Shown here piece by piece: positions 51,597 to 64,000 of a stretch of 64,000 bases of DNA. Below the pieces are notes generated by a model, which made no database searches, was not told where the DNA came from, and saw only the letters and a list, made by a program, of their open reading frames with translations. The position numbers and the translations under genes are program-made. How positions within the stretch are numbered: position 1 is the stretch's first letter; each line of letters starts with the position of its first letter. The DNA lies in contig NC_043010.1 of NCBI RefSeq assembly GCF_006345805.1, positions 2,542,001 to 2,606,000 on the forward strand, read 5' to 3'. This stretch comes from Octopus sinensis (lineage: Eukaryota).

Positions 51597-53993
51597 CTGC
51601 TGTGTTAAACCTTGTGTCACAGAGAGAGGCATTCTAGAAGTTGACCCTTTCCAATCCGTTTTACATCCATATTGTGAGTCCCTTTTCAGAAGGGTTGTTT
51701 TAGACTCTTTATTTAAGCCTGGATCTAAAACCATGCTTGCTGGGACATCATACTGTGGATGATTAGGTTCACAGGTGTACTCTGATTGTTTCCTCTCTCC
51801 AGGACAGTTGGTATTACCAACTACATCACTGTACAGAATGTTTCTCTGAGTGTACTTCTGAATGATGCATATTGCTAATGAAATGACAATAGCCACAGAT
51901 AAAATAATAGCAGCCACAATGATAACGATCATTAGGTTTATATGAATAGTGTCATCCAAATGTTTGGGGGCAGTGGCCAACATTTTGGATGTCTGGTTGC
52001 TGACGGTCAACATCAGTGACAGAGTCGTAGTTGCTGACCGCATGGGACTGCCACTGTCTTTGACAATAAACGTTAAACTGTATAACCCTGCATCATTCTG
52101 GTAAACTGGACGGGAGTAAGATAGGACACCTGTGTAGGGTTTTACTGAAAACAACTGTTTTTCATTGCCTCCGATTATTTCATAACTGAGAAATGCATTC
52201 ACATGTCTGTCTCTATCTGAGGCTTTCAAAACTGTGATCTCACTCTTACTTTGAGGATGGTAGTGGACATCAAGGTTAAAAGGGTTAACACTAGGAAAGG
52301 TAAAATAAGGAGCATTATCATTTTCATCCATTACTTCAACAATCACATTTTCTGTATTATTCAAAGAAGGTTTGCCATTGTCTTTTACAAAAACTTTAAA
52401 TTTATAAGTCTCTTTTTCTTCTCTGTCCAATGACTGAGTCGTAGAAATAAATCCAAAATTAGAAATCACAAAAGGAAGAATATTTTCATTGTCACTCAGT
52501 AAAATATAAGTGAGTTGACCTCCTAGGCCCATGTCGGGGTCAGTAACATTAATAAATCCGACAGGAAAGTTTGGTTCTTCATTCTCATAGGTTAAAAACT
52601 TAAATTGACTTTTAGTAAACTTTGGCTGCACATCATTAACGTCCATTACTTCAATAGAGAATTTTCTTTCTGTCTTTTGTGGAGGTACTCCTTTGTCTTG
52701 GCAACTTATTGTAAAGTCAATGAAACTTTCCTTTTCTCTATCAACAGACTTTTTGACCACAACTTTATATTTCATTCTCCCTAAACTCTTCAACAACAGT
52801 TTATTGTGACGGAGATCACATGTAACCTCTCCATTCTGTCCAACATCATTATCAGTAACCTTAACATAGGCAATAAAACTACCGACTTTCACTCCTTCAG
52901 AAATTGTGGCTGTGTTTTTCATTGATTCGGAAACAAAATTTACTTCTATTGCTGGTGCAGTATTCTGGTGGCCAATCTTATTAACCAGCACAACTGCAGT
53001 TGAACTCAATGGCGGGTTCCCATTATCACTAGCTGTGATGAAAAGCTTGTAGGTTTGTTGTTTATCAAAAGGAAATTGTCGATTCAAAAAGATTTCTCCA
53101 GTTTCTTTATTCAATTCAAAATAATCCATAGCTAGTTTTGCTGTTTTTGAATGGAAACGATAGACAACTTTGCCATTCTTACCAGAATCTAAATCTTTTG
53201 CTGACGCAATGATTACAGCCTGGCTTTTTTGGTGGTTTTCACTAATGGAAACATTGTAAACACTCTGTGTAAAGATAGGAGAATTATCATTCTCATCAGT
53301 GACAGATATTTCAACATTTAAAACACCTTCTTTGGGTGGGTATCCTTCATCACGAGCAATGACTTGCACATTATAAGTATCTTTTACTTCTCTATCTAAT
53401 TTCTTTTCTAAAACAATCCCAAGTTGGGTGGTGCCATCTTCTTTACGTGAATAAGACAAGCTAAAAGGCTCATCTCTGTTCTTTTTTAATTTATAAGTAA
53501 TCTCTGAATTTTCTGATCCCATATCTTTATCAATGGCATTAGGAATCGTTCTTGTTACTCCCTTACTGTAGTCTTCAGAAAACTTGATGTTGATTTGATT
53601 TTCCTGAAACTCTGGACGATTGTCATTAATGTCTTTAATGATTACTTTTACCTCAATTATTTTCACAAAAGATTCTTCCTTTTGAATAGCAACATCAACC
53701 ATTCTAAAACATTCAGAGTTGTACTTGCACAGAGACTCTGCATCCAGTATTTGATTGGTATATAGTTTGCCAGTCTTGGTCACATTAAACAACTGCGAGC
53801 CTTTACTTTTCTGCAGGCGGCTAAAAGAAATTAAGCTGAGGTCTCGAGACACGAAAATGCCTCGTGAGTTTATGTCAAGCGCAATGTCACCAACATATGT
53901 TCCAAGAATTTGAGCCTCCTCTATTTGGTAAGTGAGATCGGCACAAAGGAAGGTTTCCAATAGAAGCCAGAAAGAAAACAACTGTACAAACAT
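51597..53993 (-). CDS. Protocadherin, large coding exon: signal peptide, EC1-EC6, TM and proximal cytoplasmic tail (799 codons)
   Basis: 806-aa ORF with an N-terminal hydrophobic signal (MFVQLFSFWLLLETFLCA) and cadherin motifs (DINDNRP, LDRE, DENDNSP, DVNDVQP, DENDNAP, DxDxGxN). EC1 has a C-x5-C motif (LCKYNSEC) and the TM is LMIVIIVAAIILSVAIVISLAICII. The ORF crosses a consensus donor CAG|GTGAGT (plus actcac 51591-51596), so the exon ends at 51597 in phase 0 and the final VSQFYSS* is intron read-through. Confidence 0.97.
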
Positions 53994-54137
53994 ATTCTGT
54001 TTTAAATATATATATATATATACATATATATATAAATATATTTATATATATATATATCTCAATATACTTGAAACTTCAAAGGGTGTTTTCAAATTGATTC
54101 AGTCAAGAGGCATCTTACTATGTTTAAACCATGTAAT
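53994..54137 (-). other. 5' UTR portion of the large protocadherin exon
   Basis: Lies between the strong acceptor at 54138 and the ATG at 53993; contains a (TA)n tract and short upstream ATGs. Confidence 0.65.
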
Positions 54138-54160
54138 CTGAAAGAGGAAAAAAATATATA
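54138..54160 (-). promoter_or_regulatory. Splice acceptor implying an upstream non-coding exon
   Basis: The minus strand reads ttttttcctctttcag|ATTAC, a polypyrimidine tract plus CAG, 144 nt upstream of the start codon. Confidence 0.7.
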
Positions 54161-54824
54161 AATAGATAGATATACAAACAGAATTATTTCTAACATGCAG
54201 GGTTACATACAGAACCATCATAGCTTTCAAAAGATAACGCCATAATAAAAATAAGACAAACAAAAAAAAGCAAAATTAAAACAAAGGAGAAGCAATAAAT
54301 CTAATAATGTTTTAGTAGTTTTCCAGATATTTGAAGAACAACAGATTATATGAGCGCATGAAAGGGTTCATATACCAGCAAAATGATTCACATTTCCAAA
54401 ATGATTCCAGCACAAGATCTAATTAGGATATATACATGCCATAGTTCTTTTGTTTGTTTTTTTTGTTGCTCTTATTTTCTTGTTTGTTTATCCTACTTTA
54501 TTACTTTGTCTTTTGTTGTCATTTTGTTTTCTTCTTTTTCTTCTTTTTTTTATGGTGGTGGTATTAGTAATAGGACATTTCAAACACCCAAACATGTAAA
54601 GTGTTATCAATAAACCCCCGAACCGAAGGACAATTGCTAGAGAATACATGTAATATTGTTACATGTAAACTTGAAAACATAATGACTGTGTACAAAACCA
54701 CAAAACCCGGGGTTCTTCAATCGAAAAGTCTGTTTTCCATTTTTCAAAGTTATCTCTTCAAAACCAATTTTGTCGAGATGAATTGCAAAATAGGAAAACA
54801 AGCAAACAAAATAACACAAACAAT

Positions 54825-55295
54825 GATGATGATGATGATGATGGAAATGATGCTGTGTTTGCTTTGCAGAGAATAAGATTCAAACAGAAATATACAACTG
54901 TAATGCTAAAAGTGATAACAACTGCATAAATGTTGACAAAAACAAAGACGACGATGATGAGGATGATGATGATGATGATGGCAGCAACAAAGACAATAAT
55001 GATGATGAAGCTGCTATTGACAATGGTGTTAATCATCAGGCTGATGATAATGGTGATGACAATGATGACAACATTGAGAATGATGATGGTGATGATGATG
55101 ATGATGATAGAGGTGATGATGGCAGTGACAAGATGAAGAGTATGGAAACACCAAAGATAATAATGACAATGATGCCAAATGTCAATACAAATGATGACAG
55201 TGATGATGATGATGATGATAATGGCGATGATGATGGTGATGATAATGGGAATTATGATGATGATGATGATGATGGTGATGGCAATTATGATGATG
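54825..55295. repeat. Long degenerate (GAT)n tract
   Basis: About 470 bp of gat/gac/ggt/aat triplets; the source of several spurious Met/Asp-rich ORFs. Confidence 0.9.
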
Positions 55296-56579
55296 TAGCA
55301 GCATGTTTCTCTTCATATCTTTAGCTGTTGTTTTTATTTTGTTTTTTTGTTTTTTCATTTATTTATTGTTGTTACTTTAGAAAATGGTAAACACAGAAAG
55401 AGGTAAACAGATGAAGTTTAAGTATTTGTTTAAAGGCAAAAGTAGATAAAATGGTGTTAGCGAAGCAAACACTGAAGAGGTTTTTCATCAACAAAAATAC
55501 TGCAGTTTATATTTTCGCTGCTTTCTAATAAAATTACCATTTCAGAGTTGTTGAACTGACACGATGTACATCTTCACACAGCTACAGAAATTCGCATGTC
55601 AGGCTTATAATCTATGTTAGAGAAATTAGGTAAACATCAATCACATTTGCTTGCTTCCAACTGAGATAAGCAATAAAGAAAGAAATTATGATTGAAGTGT
55701 AAATGTAATAATGCTATTTAAAAGGTAAAAAGCATCTGTGATCATTATTATTATTATTAGTAGTAGTAGTAGTAGTAGTAATAGTAGTAGTATGTGTATG
55801 CATTTGTATGTATAAATACATATGCAAACATATATAAACACACATATACACATACATGCACACATGTATACATACACACATATACATAAACCCATATGCT
55901 TATACATATAGATACACACACATACTCATAGATATGTGTGTGTGTGTATATATATATAAATATATAAAATATACACACTCATAGATATTTATATATATAT
56001 ATGTATGCATGTGTGTATATATATATATATATGTGTGTATATATATATATATATGCTTATATATATATACATGTACACACATACATGCTTATATATGCAT
56101 ATATATATAGATATACGTTACACACACACAGATACATACATATACACATACATACATATATGTGTGTATGTGTGTGTACCTCGCATATATATATATGTTT
56201 CTTATTCTCTTTTCTAAAAGCCTCATCTTAATATTGTTAAGTTTTCAAATGTGAGAAAATATTTCCATACCAAATATTACTTTGAATGAATGTACAAAGT
56301 TTGTTTACATGGACAATTATTAAATTATTTCACAAAAAAGAAAGAAAGGATAATATAATAAAAAGCCAGATATTTATACAGAATGGTGACATCATATACT
56401 TGTCAAAGTCTGTTTGACAAACATTTTCAAGAGAAATATTCCTTAAATATCATTTATAATGACATTTCTGAGAAACATTCTTCATGGCAAATCTAACAGA
56501 GTTTAAATGCTGTGTAACACACACACACACACACACACACGCAGGCAGGCAGACAGACAGATAGATATAGATATAGATA

Positions 56580-56730
56580 TAGGCACAGGTTTGGCTATGT
56601 GGTAAGCCTGCTTCCCAACTACATGGTTTTGGGTTCAGTCCCACTGCAAAGCACCTTAGGCAAGTGTCTTCTCTAATAGCTCTGGGTGAACCAAAGCCTA
56701 GCGAGTGAATTTGCTGGACAGAAACTAAGC
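56580..56730 (+). mobile_element. SINE family A head
   Basis: ggctatgtggtaagc...gggttcagtcccactgc...gtgaatttg. Confidence 0.7.
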
Positions 56731-56929
56731 AATATACACACCACACACATACATAAATTCTGTCCAATACATAAAAAAGTCAATGTTAAAATGATGGTGA
56801 TGATGTGATGTCTGTTCTTGTCCCACTTTCATATGTCAATAACTGGCATAAATCTCCTCACCTCTCAAATACCCCTTCACATATATTTGGTCAAGAAATG
56901 TCATTTTCTTGTTTTTGTTTTTTTTTGGT

Positions 56930-57100
56930 CTTGCAAGATACCTGGCAACCTCACTAGTGCTGGTGTCACAAAAAGTAGCTTATACACACTGTTAAGTGGC
57001 TGACATCAGAAAGGGCTTCCAGTCATAGAAACTATACCAAAGCTGACAGTGGGGATCAATGCAGCCCCAGTTGCTGACTGGGACCTCTCAAACTATCCAA
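56930..57100 (+). mobile_element. Repeat family C
   Basis: cctcactagtgctggtgtcacaaaaagtagc...aagggcttccagtc. Confidence 0.6.
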
Positions 57101-57109
57101 CCCAACTTT

Positions 57110-57336
57110 TTTCTTTTACTTGTTTCAGTCACTAGACAGTGACCATGCTGGGGCACCACCTTGAAATTTTAGTGGAATGAATCAGTCTTGTTTTCTTTTT
57201 AAGAAGTGGTACTTATTTTATTGGTCTCTTTTGCCAAACCACAAAGTTATGGAGATACAAACATACCAACACCAGTTATCAAGCAGTGGGGTGGAGGCAA
57301 ACACAAAGACACCCACACACACAAACACACACACAC

Positions 57337-57388
<52 letters not shown>

Positions 57389-57575
57389 GGCTTCTTTCAG
57401 TTTCCATCCACCAAATCCACTCACAAGGCTTTGGTTAGTCCAAGGCTATAGCAGAAGACACTTGCCCAAGGTGCCATGTAATGGAATTGAACCCGGAACA
57501 GTGTGGTTGGGAAGCAAGCTTCTTACCACACAGCCACACCTGCCAGCATGGAAAACAGACATTAAATTATGATGA
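57110..57575 (-). mobile_element. SINE family A, full length, with a family C tail fused at its head
   Basis: ...ttcttaccacacagccacacctg|ccagcatggaaaacagacattaaattatgatgatg. Confidence 0.82.
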
Positions 57576-58639
57576 TGGTTATAATGTGAATATATGCTCA
57601 TCATACACACAAATACAAAGCACACCATATTTGAACATAATCACTTTGACATTTCTAAAAAGGATTACGGAGGTACAACTATCAGGAGCTCTTTCAAGGA
57701 TGTAACTCAGTGAATAGGTTAACTAAAGAGACCTTAGTCCACAGAGGTTAAGCAGATAGACCACACACACTCTGCATATGTTGAATAGATAACCCACAAT
57801 TTTCTAGGTCTAATATAAACCACACACACACACACTCTCTCTCTCTCTCTCCTTTTTTTTCTCTCTCTCTCTCTCTCTTTCAATGATGGATCTCCATACA
57901 AACATCTGAAGATTCCTGATTTTTCTTGACAAAGATACAACAGTGTTTCCTTGTTGCCATCTACCAATTTAGTTTACTGTTCATCTTCTCTCCCAAGCTT
58001 CCTCCTGAGGCATAGAGCCAATTACAACCCTTAGGTACATAGAATGGTTCGTGTGACATCAAGGCACAACCACATTCTGGCAAGGATGTGTGACATGTCT
58101 AGGGGTAAGTCATCCCCCAAGACTTGTGTGCCTTAGCCTCAAGACCATCATCTGCAATTTGACAATAACAGAGGACTTTGACAGGCACACTGGACCAGAG
58201 TGAACCTGGGAGCAATAGTGACTAAAGAGTAACTTCATCTTTCCTAAACTCCCAAGCTGGAGCCTCACCACAAGATACAGTTTAATATCTTGTCCAAGAC
58301 ACAGACCCCAATGTGTTGGCCAAATAATGTAGAAACACAAATATCAACCATACAAACTGAAGGGATATTTACTATATAAACAACAGAGTGTAGATGTTGA
58401 ATACATTATCCCGTTGAAAATAGCAGCTAATTCTCCCTCAAATTATAACTTATCACCTTGAAAAAAGAACACAATGGCTAATGGAGCCCAGGATGTACAT
58501 CTATCCTAATTTATGACTCATTCATCACTGATCCAGGATAACACAGTACACTCAATTGTTATCAGCCAACTTGGGCTGATTCTGTTTGGAACCAAAGGTA
58601 TTGCAAGTGTTACTGTCAGGTCAACAAAGAACTGGAACA

Positions 58640-58830
58640 GATACCACAAAAGCAACTTGTCCAACTTTCCAGCAGTTTCACTAATCCATGGATGGTACTT
58701 TCTATATTGATCGTAAAAGGATAAAAAAAATTTGTCTTTGATAGGATTTGAACTCATTGTGCAGAGAGTCAGCACAAATATCACAAGACATTCTATCCAA
58801 CATTCTAACGACTCTACCATTTTAAGGCTA
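58640..58830 (-). mobile_element. SINE family B, decayed
   Basis: tggtactt..tattgatcgtaaaaggat...ggatttgaactc. Confidence 0.55.
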
Positions 58831-60239
58831 AAAATAGAAATGTGAAATAAGAAACAGAATTTAGCTAACAGACACTGAAAGAGGCCTGTCATACATATAT
58901 ATTTGCATATAAGTGTGTGTGTGTGTGTGTGTGCATGCACACATGTATGTGCTTGTGTGCATGTGTTATAGTTTGTCTTGACATGATATAATAGTTGTAA
59001 ATGAATAACATTATCATGCAGGATATATCCTTTGTTTCCAATCTCCCATGAAAACATGTCTGGTCATAAGAAATATTACCTTACTCGGAAACAGGTATGA
59101 GTTGGTGACAGAAAGGGCATCCAGTTGTAAAAATATTGACTCAGAAAATTCTGTCAGTTCCATGTGACCATGGAAAAGTGGATGATGATGATGATCTAAT
59201 GATTATTTTTAATACAAGGCTGCACATTTAGGAGCAGAGGCATAGGGGAACAAATCTACACTTGTCCTTAAGTGTTAATAAAGGGCATTAAAAACTGCAC
59301 TTAGATAAGAATATTAACTTAAGTAAATAGATCATAAAATCTCTATATGGTCATTTAATTTATCTGGAATAATAGCCAAATCTTTTCCAGAAAAAGGAAG
59401 GACACATTCAATAATGTATTCCTAGGCATCATTAAAAGACCAGATATTTCTGTCTAAAATGAATTCTGGGCTGAAACAACAGCAATAACCTATGAAAGAA
59501 TTGTTGATCTGATAGAGCAGCAGCAGTAGTAGTAGCAGCAGCAGCAGCTGTAGTCATGTATTAAATGCAATCAACATCTGCTTAAGAAGAATTATTATAT
59601 ATGAGTAATTGATCCAAATTTCAGCAGTAACCCACTGGACATACCAGATATGCTATGTGTAAGTGTGATATCAGACCAATGGAACACTCTGACATGTGGG
59701 CCACTGAACTGCAGTTTTGTACAAGTTCTACATATATTTCATATAGGGCCATCTTACCTTGAAAGGTCCTCAAGAAAAGAAATGCTTCCATAAATTAGCA
59801 TCGAGCCCCTACATACATGGACATTTACGCACCCCATGCAACTGTACAGTGTATCGATGCGTTAATATAACACTCATTCCATTCAGTGTGTTGACAAACT
59901 GGATATCCTTTTTGGCAGATAACTTTTCTTTTTTTCTTAAGGAGAGGCAGTGCCCATGATCCTTTGCAGAGAATCCGAGTCTGGTTGATGGGAGAGAGAG
60001 GGAGAAAGATATCCTCAAACCATAGACTTGGTCCAAATGCTTGCAACAGAATGGACTCTGCTAAATGTACCCAAGGTTTCAAGTGGTGATTCTAAACAAG
60101 GCAATGGATTAAATCTTCTAGTTTCAGTTATAGATTATGAACAAGTAAGCCATAGAAGAAACTGAACTCAGTAAACAGAGCCAGGACAAATACTGCAAGG
60201 TTTCCAATCCAATGCTCTAACAATTCTTCCAACCCACAA

Positions 60240-60330
60240 CCCAGGATTGGGACTTTTTTTTATTGTCCCTGAAAGGATGAAAGTCAAAGTTGATCTTAGC
60301 AGGATTTGAACTCAGAATGCAGAGTTGACT
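60240..60330 (-). mobile_element. SINE family B fragment
   Basis: gaaaggatgaaagtcaaagttgatc...ggatttgaactcag. Confidence 0.6.
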
Positions 60331-60944
60331 AAGTTTCAAACTCGTATTACAAAAGGTCATTTTGGAAGATGAAGCTTTATTCTTCCCCTTTTCCCTTCCC
60401 TGCCCCTACAGTCATACTTATTAACAGTTTCAGTGATTTAAATATGGTACCATAAAATGCCAAATCCATTAGCATTTTATTTGTGCATTGCTGTTGACTT
60501 ATGGGACACAGTTCTAGACGAGCAGGTGTTTTATACAATAATATTAATAAACTATGGATGGGCAGTAAGTTCACCAAGATATCGTTGCAATGCTGTATGT
60601 AACATTATACAGTTACATATGCAAAATTTCATACACACACTCACACATACACACATGCACATCAGACAAACAAGCAAGAGCAAAGATCTAATGTAATACT
60701 GGAATTAACAGCTACTAGTGTGAAAAATAGCATATATTATTCATGTCATCTCTAGAAGAGGTTTTATGTAAATAACTTTATATACAAATTACACTATATC
60801 AATACATAAAAACATAAGCAAGTATATGAGTGTTTGTGCATATATATATACATATGTGTGTGTGTGCATGTGTGTGTATAATAATAATATAATAATAATA
60901 ATAATAATAATAATAGGGAGTATAACTCCAAATTTTTATCTCTA

Positions 60945-61037
<93 letters not shown>

Positions 61038-61249
61038 TTAGAGATAAAAATATATATATATATATATATTGGCCTGCTCGTTTAGCCAGTGGGGTGGCGT
61101 CATTTGAAGGCTAAAACAATGCGAAGAACATTGTGACCAGCGATGTGTAACAACATCTGATAGCCTGGTCGGTCATGGTGATCACGGTGATATATATATA
61201 TATATATACATGTACACACACAAACATTATAAATATGTATATATAAGCA

Positions 61250-61415
61250 TGGGCATAGCTGTGCAGTAATAAGATGGCTTCCCAACCACATGGTCACAGG
61301 TTCAGTCCTACAGTGTGGCACCTTGAACAAGTGCCTTCAGCTATAGCCTTGGGCCAACCAAATCCTTGTGAGTGGATTCGGTAGATGGAAACTGAAAGAA
61401 GCTTATCATAGATAT

Positions 61416-61498
<83 letters not shown>

Positions 61499-61690
61499 CT
61501 GTCTGTCTCCCACCAGTGCTTCACAACTAGTGTTGGTGTATTTACTGTCCTCATACCTTATCAGTTCAGCAAAAGAGACCAATAGAATACCAGGCTTAAA
61601 AAAAGTACTGGGGTCAAGTCATATGACTAAAATTTTCCAAGGCAGTGCTCCAGCATGGCTGCTGTCTGATGAGTGAAACAAGCAAACGAG
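61250..61690 (+). mobile_element. SINE family A, full length with an expanded (TA)n core
   Basis: Head, (TA)n tract and tail all present. Confidence 0.82.
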
Positions 61691-61952
61691 AATGTATGTA
61701 TGTATGAATGAATGAATGTATGTAAGACAATGACTCTTGCAAGAGTAGTCTTGTGTCCTGGGTACTTTATGGCTTTGTGTATTTTCCTTGATGGAAATAT
61801 ACAACAGTGTGTGTGTGTGTATAAATGTAAGTGCAGAAGTGGCTGTGTGGTTAAAAATTTACATTCTGATAATATAGTTCTAGATTCAGTCCCATTGAGC
61901 AAATGTATTTTATTATAACCCCAGGCTAAACAAGTGTGTGTCTCTCTTTCTT

Positions 61953-62016
<64 letters not shown>

Positions 62017-62039
62017 GGATATATGGTAGCTTAAGTGAT

Positions 62040-63290
62040 TTAGGACACAAAGTGAGGAAAACCTGTGAGTCCATCACACAGTTGTAGAGATGCTCAAACT
62101 ATCTAATGAAATAGCATGTATGATTACATCTGGATAGTTCATCAAGTTATACAGGAGGATATCAGACCCAATAACTGGTATAGCAATATCCTCATAAACT
62201 GCTACAAAGGCAAAGGAGATGTGTTAGAGGGAAATAACTAAAGAATCAGACTACTGGATCAGACTATGAAGGTCACAAAGAGAGTCATAGCTCAACAAAT
62301 CCACAACAGAGTACAGCAAAATGCGATGCAGTTTAGCTTTGTACCCAGATGGGGCACCACAGATGCAATCTCCCTAGCGTGACAATTGCAAAAGAAATAC
62401 TTGACTAAGAATAACCCACTATTCTTGATTTACTCTGATTTGGAGAAAGCATTCACAAAGTAATTAGGTAGTTACTAAAGAAACTAGATCTAGGCAAAAG
62501 GTTTGTGAGGGCTATACAAGCTATGTAGAAAAATGTTGTAAGTAACCTGAGAGTTGACTACAATTTCATAATGAATTTAGTGGGAAGGTAGAAATTCATC
62601 AAGGTTCAGTCCTTTATCTTCTCCAATTGATTATAGTTCCATGAGCCATCACAAGAGTTTAAGACTAGATATTCATGGGAACTACATACTGATGTTCTAG
62701 TTCTCATTGCTGAAATCTCTGGGAAATTACACAGGAAGTTCCAGGAGTGAAAGCTAAACCTAGAATTGAGAGTTCTCAAAGTAAACTTAGCAATGACAAA
62801 GGATTTTGTAAGAAGGAATGAAAACAAGACCCCGGTATCAGGAGGAAAATCTTGTTTGAAATGCAGAAAAGGAGTAGGCATGCAGTCCATATGCTACACA
62901 CTATGTAAGGTATGAACATACAAGTAATGTAGTGGAATTACACAGGTAGGCTAACAGACAATATAAGCTCCCTATGCAAGAAATGCACCGGAGCAGTGTG
63001 TACTATGAGCACACCAGAAATAGTTTCTTGTAAATGCCCAGATCACTCATTAATGATTTGGGCATTTAGTGACTAGAAGTATTCAACAGCTTTTGTTACC
63101 AAGGAGATGCAATTAGCAGAGAGATGGCTCTGAAAGTCAACTAGCTAGAGTAAGAACAGGATGAAAAAAACTTCAGATAGCTTCTGCCACTGCTGGAAAC
63201 AAATGTCTTTTCTCACAAAGTGAAGGTCTGACTGGGGTAACTGGCATAATGCAGTTCTTGAGAGGTGCTCCTGAACTTGGTAAAACCAAG
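62040..63290 (+). mobile_element. Decayed RTE-clade LINE reverse transcriptase fragment
   Basis: Frameshifted RT motifs YKGKGD, MQFSF, TTDAI, DLEKAF, HQGSVL, DVLVLIAE and VNLAMTK, followed by a Cys-rich module. Confidence 0.85.
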
Positions 63291-64000
63291 TTTTGGAAGC
63301 ATTGTGTGTGTATAAATGTATGTACAACAGACCAATTTCCTTTTCAAGACATTCCAACAATCCATCATCTAAGTGTAATTTTTCCTTGATGCTATTAATC
63401 TTTTTCATCACCAAGAATCATTTCATTTGAAATCTGTCCCTAATCCTCAATACTGTCCTCTCCAGTCACATTTTACATTGATTTCTCTACCCAAGCCACC
63501 AAATCATCTCATCACCCTCATAAGTCTCTTACTTTCCCCATGCATGATACCTGTCCCTCTCTCTCCCCTTTCACACCCTTGGTACCTATCCAGCTTTCAC
63601 ATAGCTTTCTCTCGGCTTTCACATAGCTACTGCATCATTACTATTCTGCTGCTCTTCATTTCTATCCTCCCTATCTGCAATTTTCTACATCCACTTCTCA
63701 ACAGTTGTCACTTACTTATCCCTATCTCCCATACTTATCATTCACTCAACACCTGTCCTTCATTATTCACCCTCTCTTACTCATTTCCCATCTCTCACTC
63801 TCCCATACACTCTTGCAACCTCCACTCACCAACAGTCCCCAGGTTCCTCTTCCCCCATTCACTTCTACTCACTTCATATCTTGAGGGTCCACACAGATGT
63901 TTCACCACTGTTCTTATCTCTTCCCTGCTCCACCCTAATCACACCCTCACCCTCCCTTTTAAAATATATGGAGCCATATGTTCCCTCCACAGCAAGAAAC

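Noticed and set aside
63400-63960. Long pyrimidine-rich tract as a gene or triplex element
   Set aside because: It resembles CT-rich segments at 24220-24350 and 26280-26530, so it is probably decayed retroelement sequence; no sustained ORF.

Overview
AT-rich, repeat-dense eukaryotic genomic DNA. The protocadherin type and SINE/RTE content point to a coleoid cephalopod, most likely Octopus (inference). It holds one protein-coding gene, a minus-strand protocadherin. A single 2.4 kb coding exon (53993-51597) encodes the signal peptide, six cadherin repeats, the TM helix and the start of the tail, and ends at a CAG|GTGAGT phase-0 donor. A 38.5 kb intron follows, then an in-phase 154 bp cytoplasmic exon (13093-12940, ...SLSDSGQGWSE...HYEILP) that the ORF track misses. 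The terminal exon is unresolved. The rest is microsatellites, at least four SINE-like families (labelled A, B, C and E here), RTE and R4/NeSL-like LINE fragments, Tc1/mariner elements and MITEs, and a miniature LTR element. The most unusual intronic structures are: (i) a 525 bp palindromic insertion with a 13 bp TSD, whose arms each carry a tRNA-like head and a decayed Penelope-type minimal hammerhead motif; (ii) a second tandem pair of hammerhead-like motifs; (iii) a 100 bp-arm, 98% perfect hairpin abutting a young RTE insertion; (iv) a roughly 19:1 orientation bias of SINE family B. Repeat boundaries without a TSD are approximate. No database search was run; family names come from recalled motifs.
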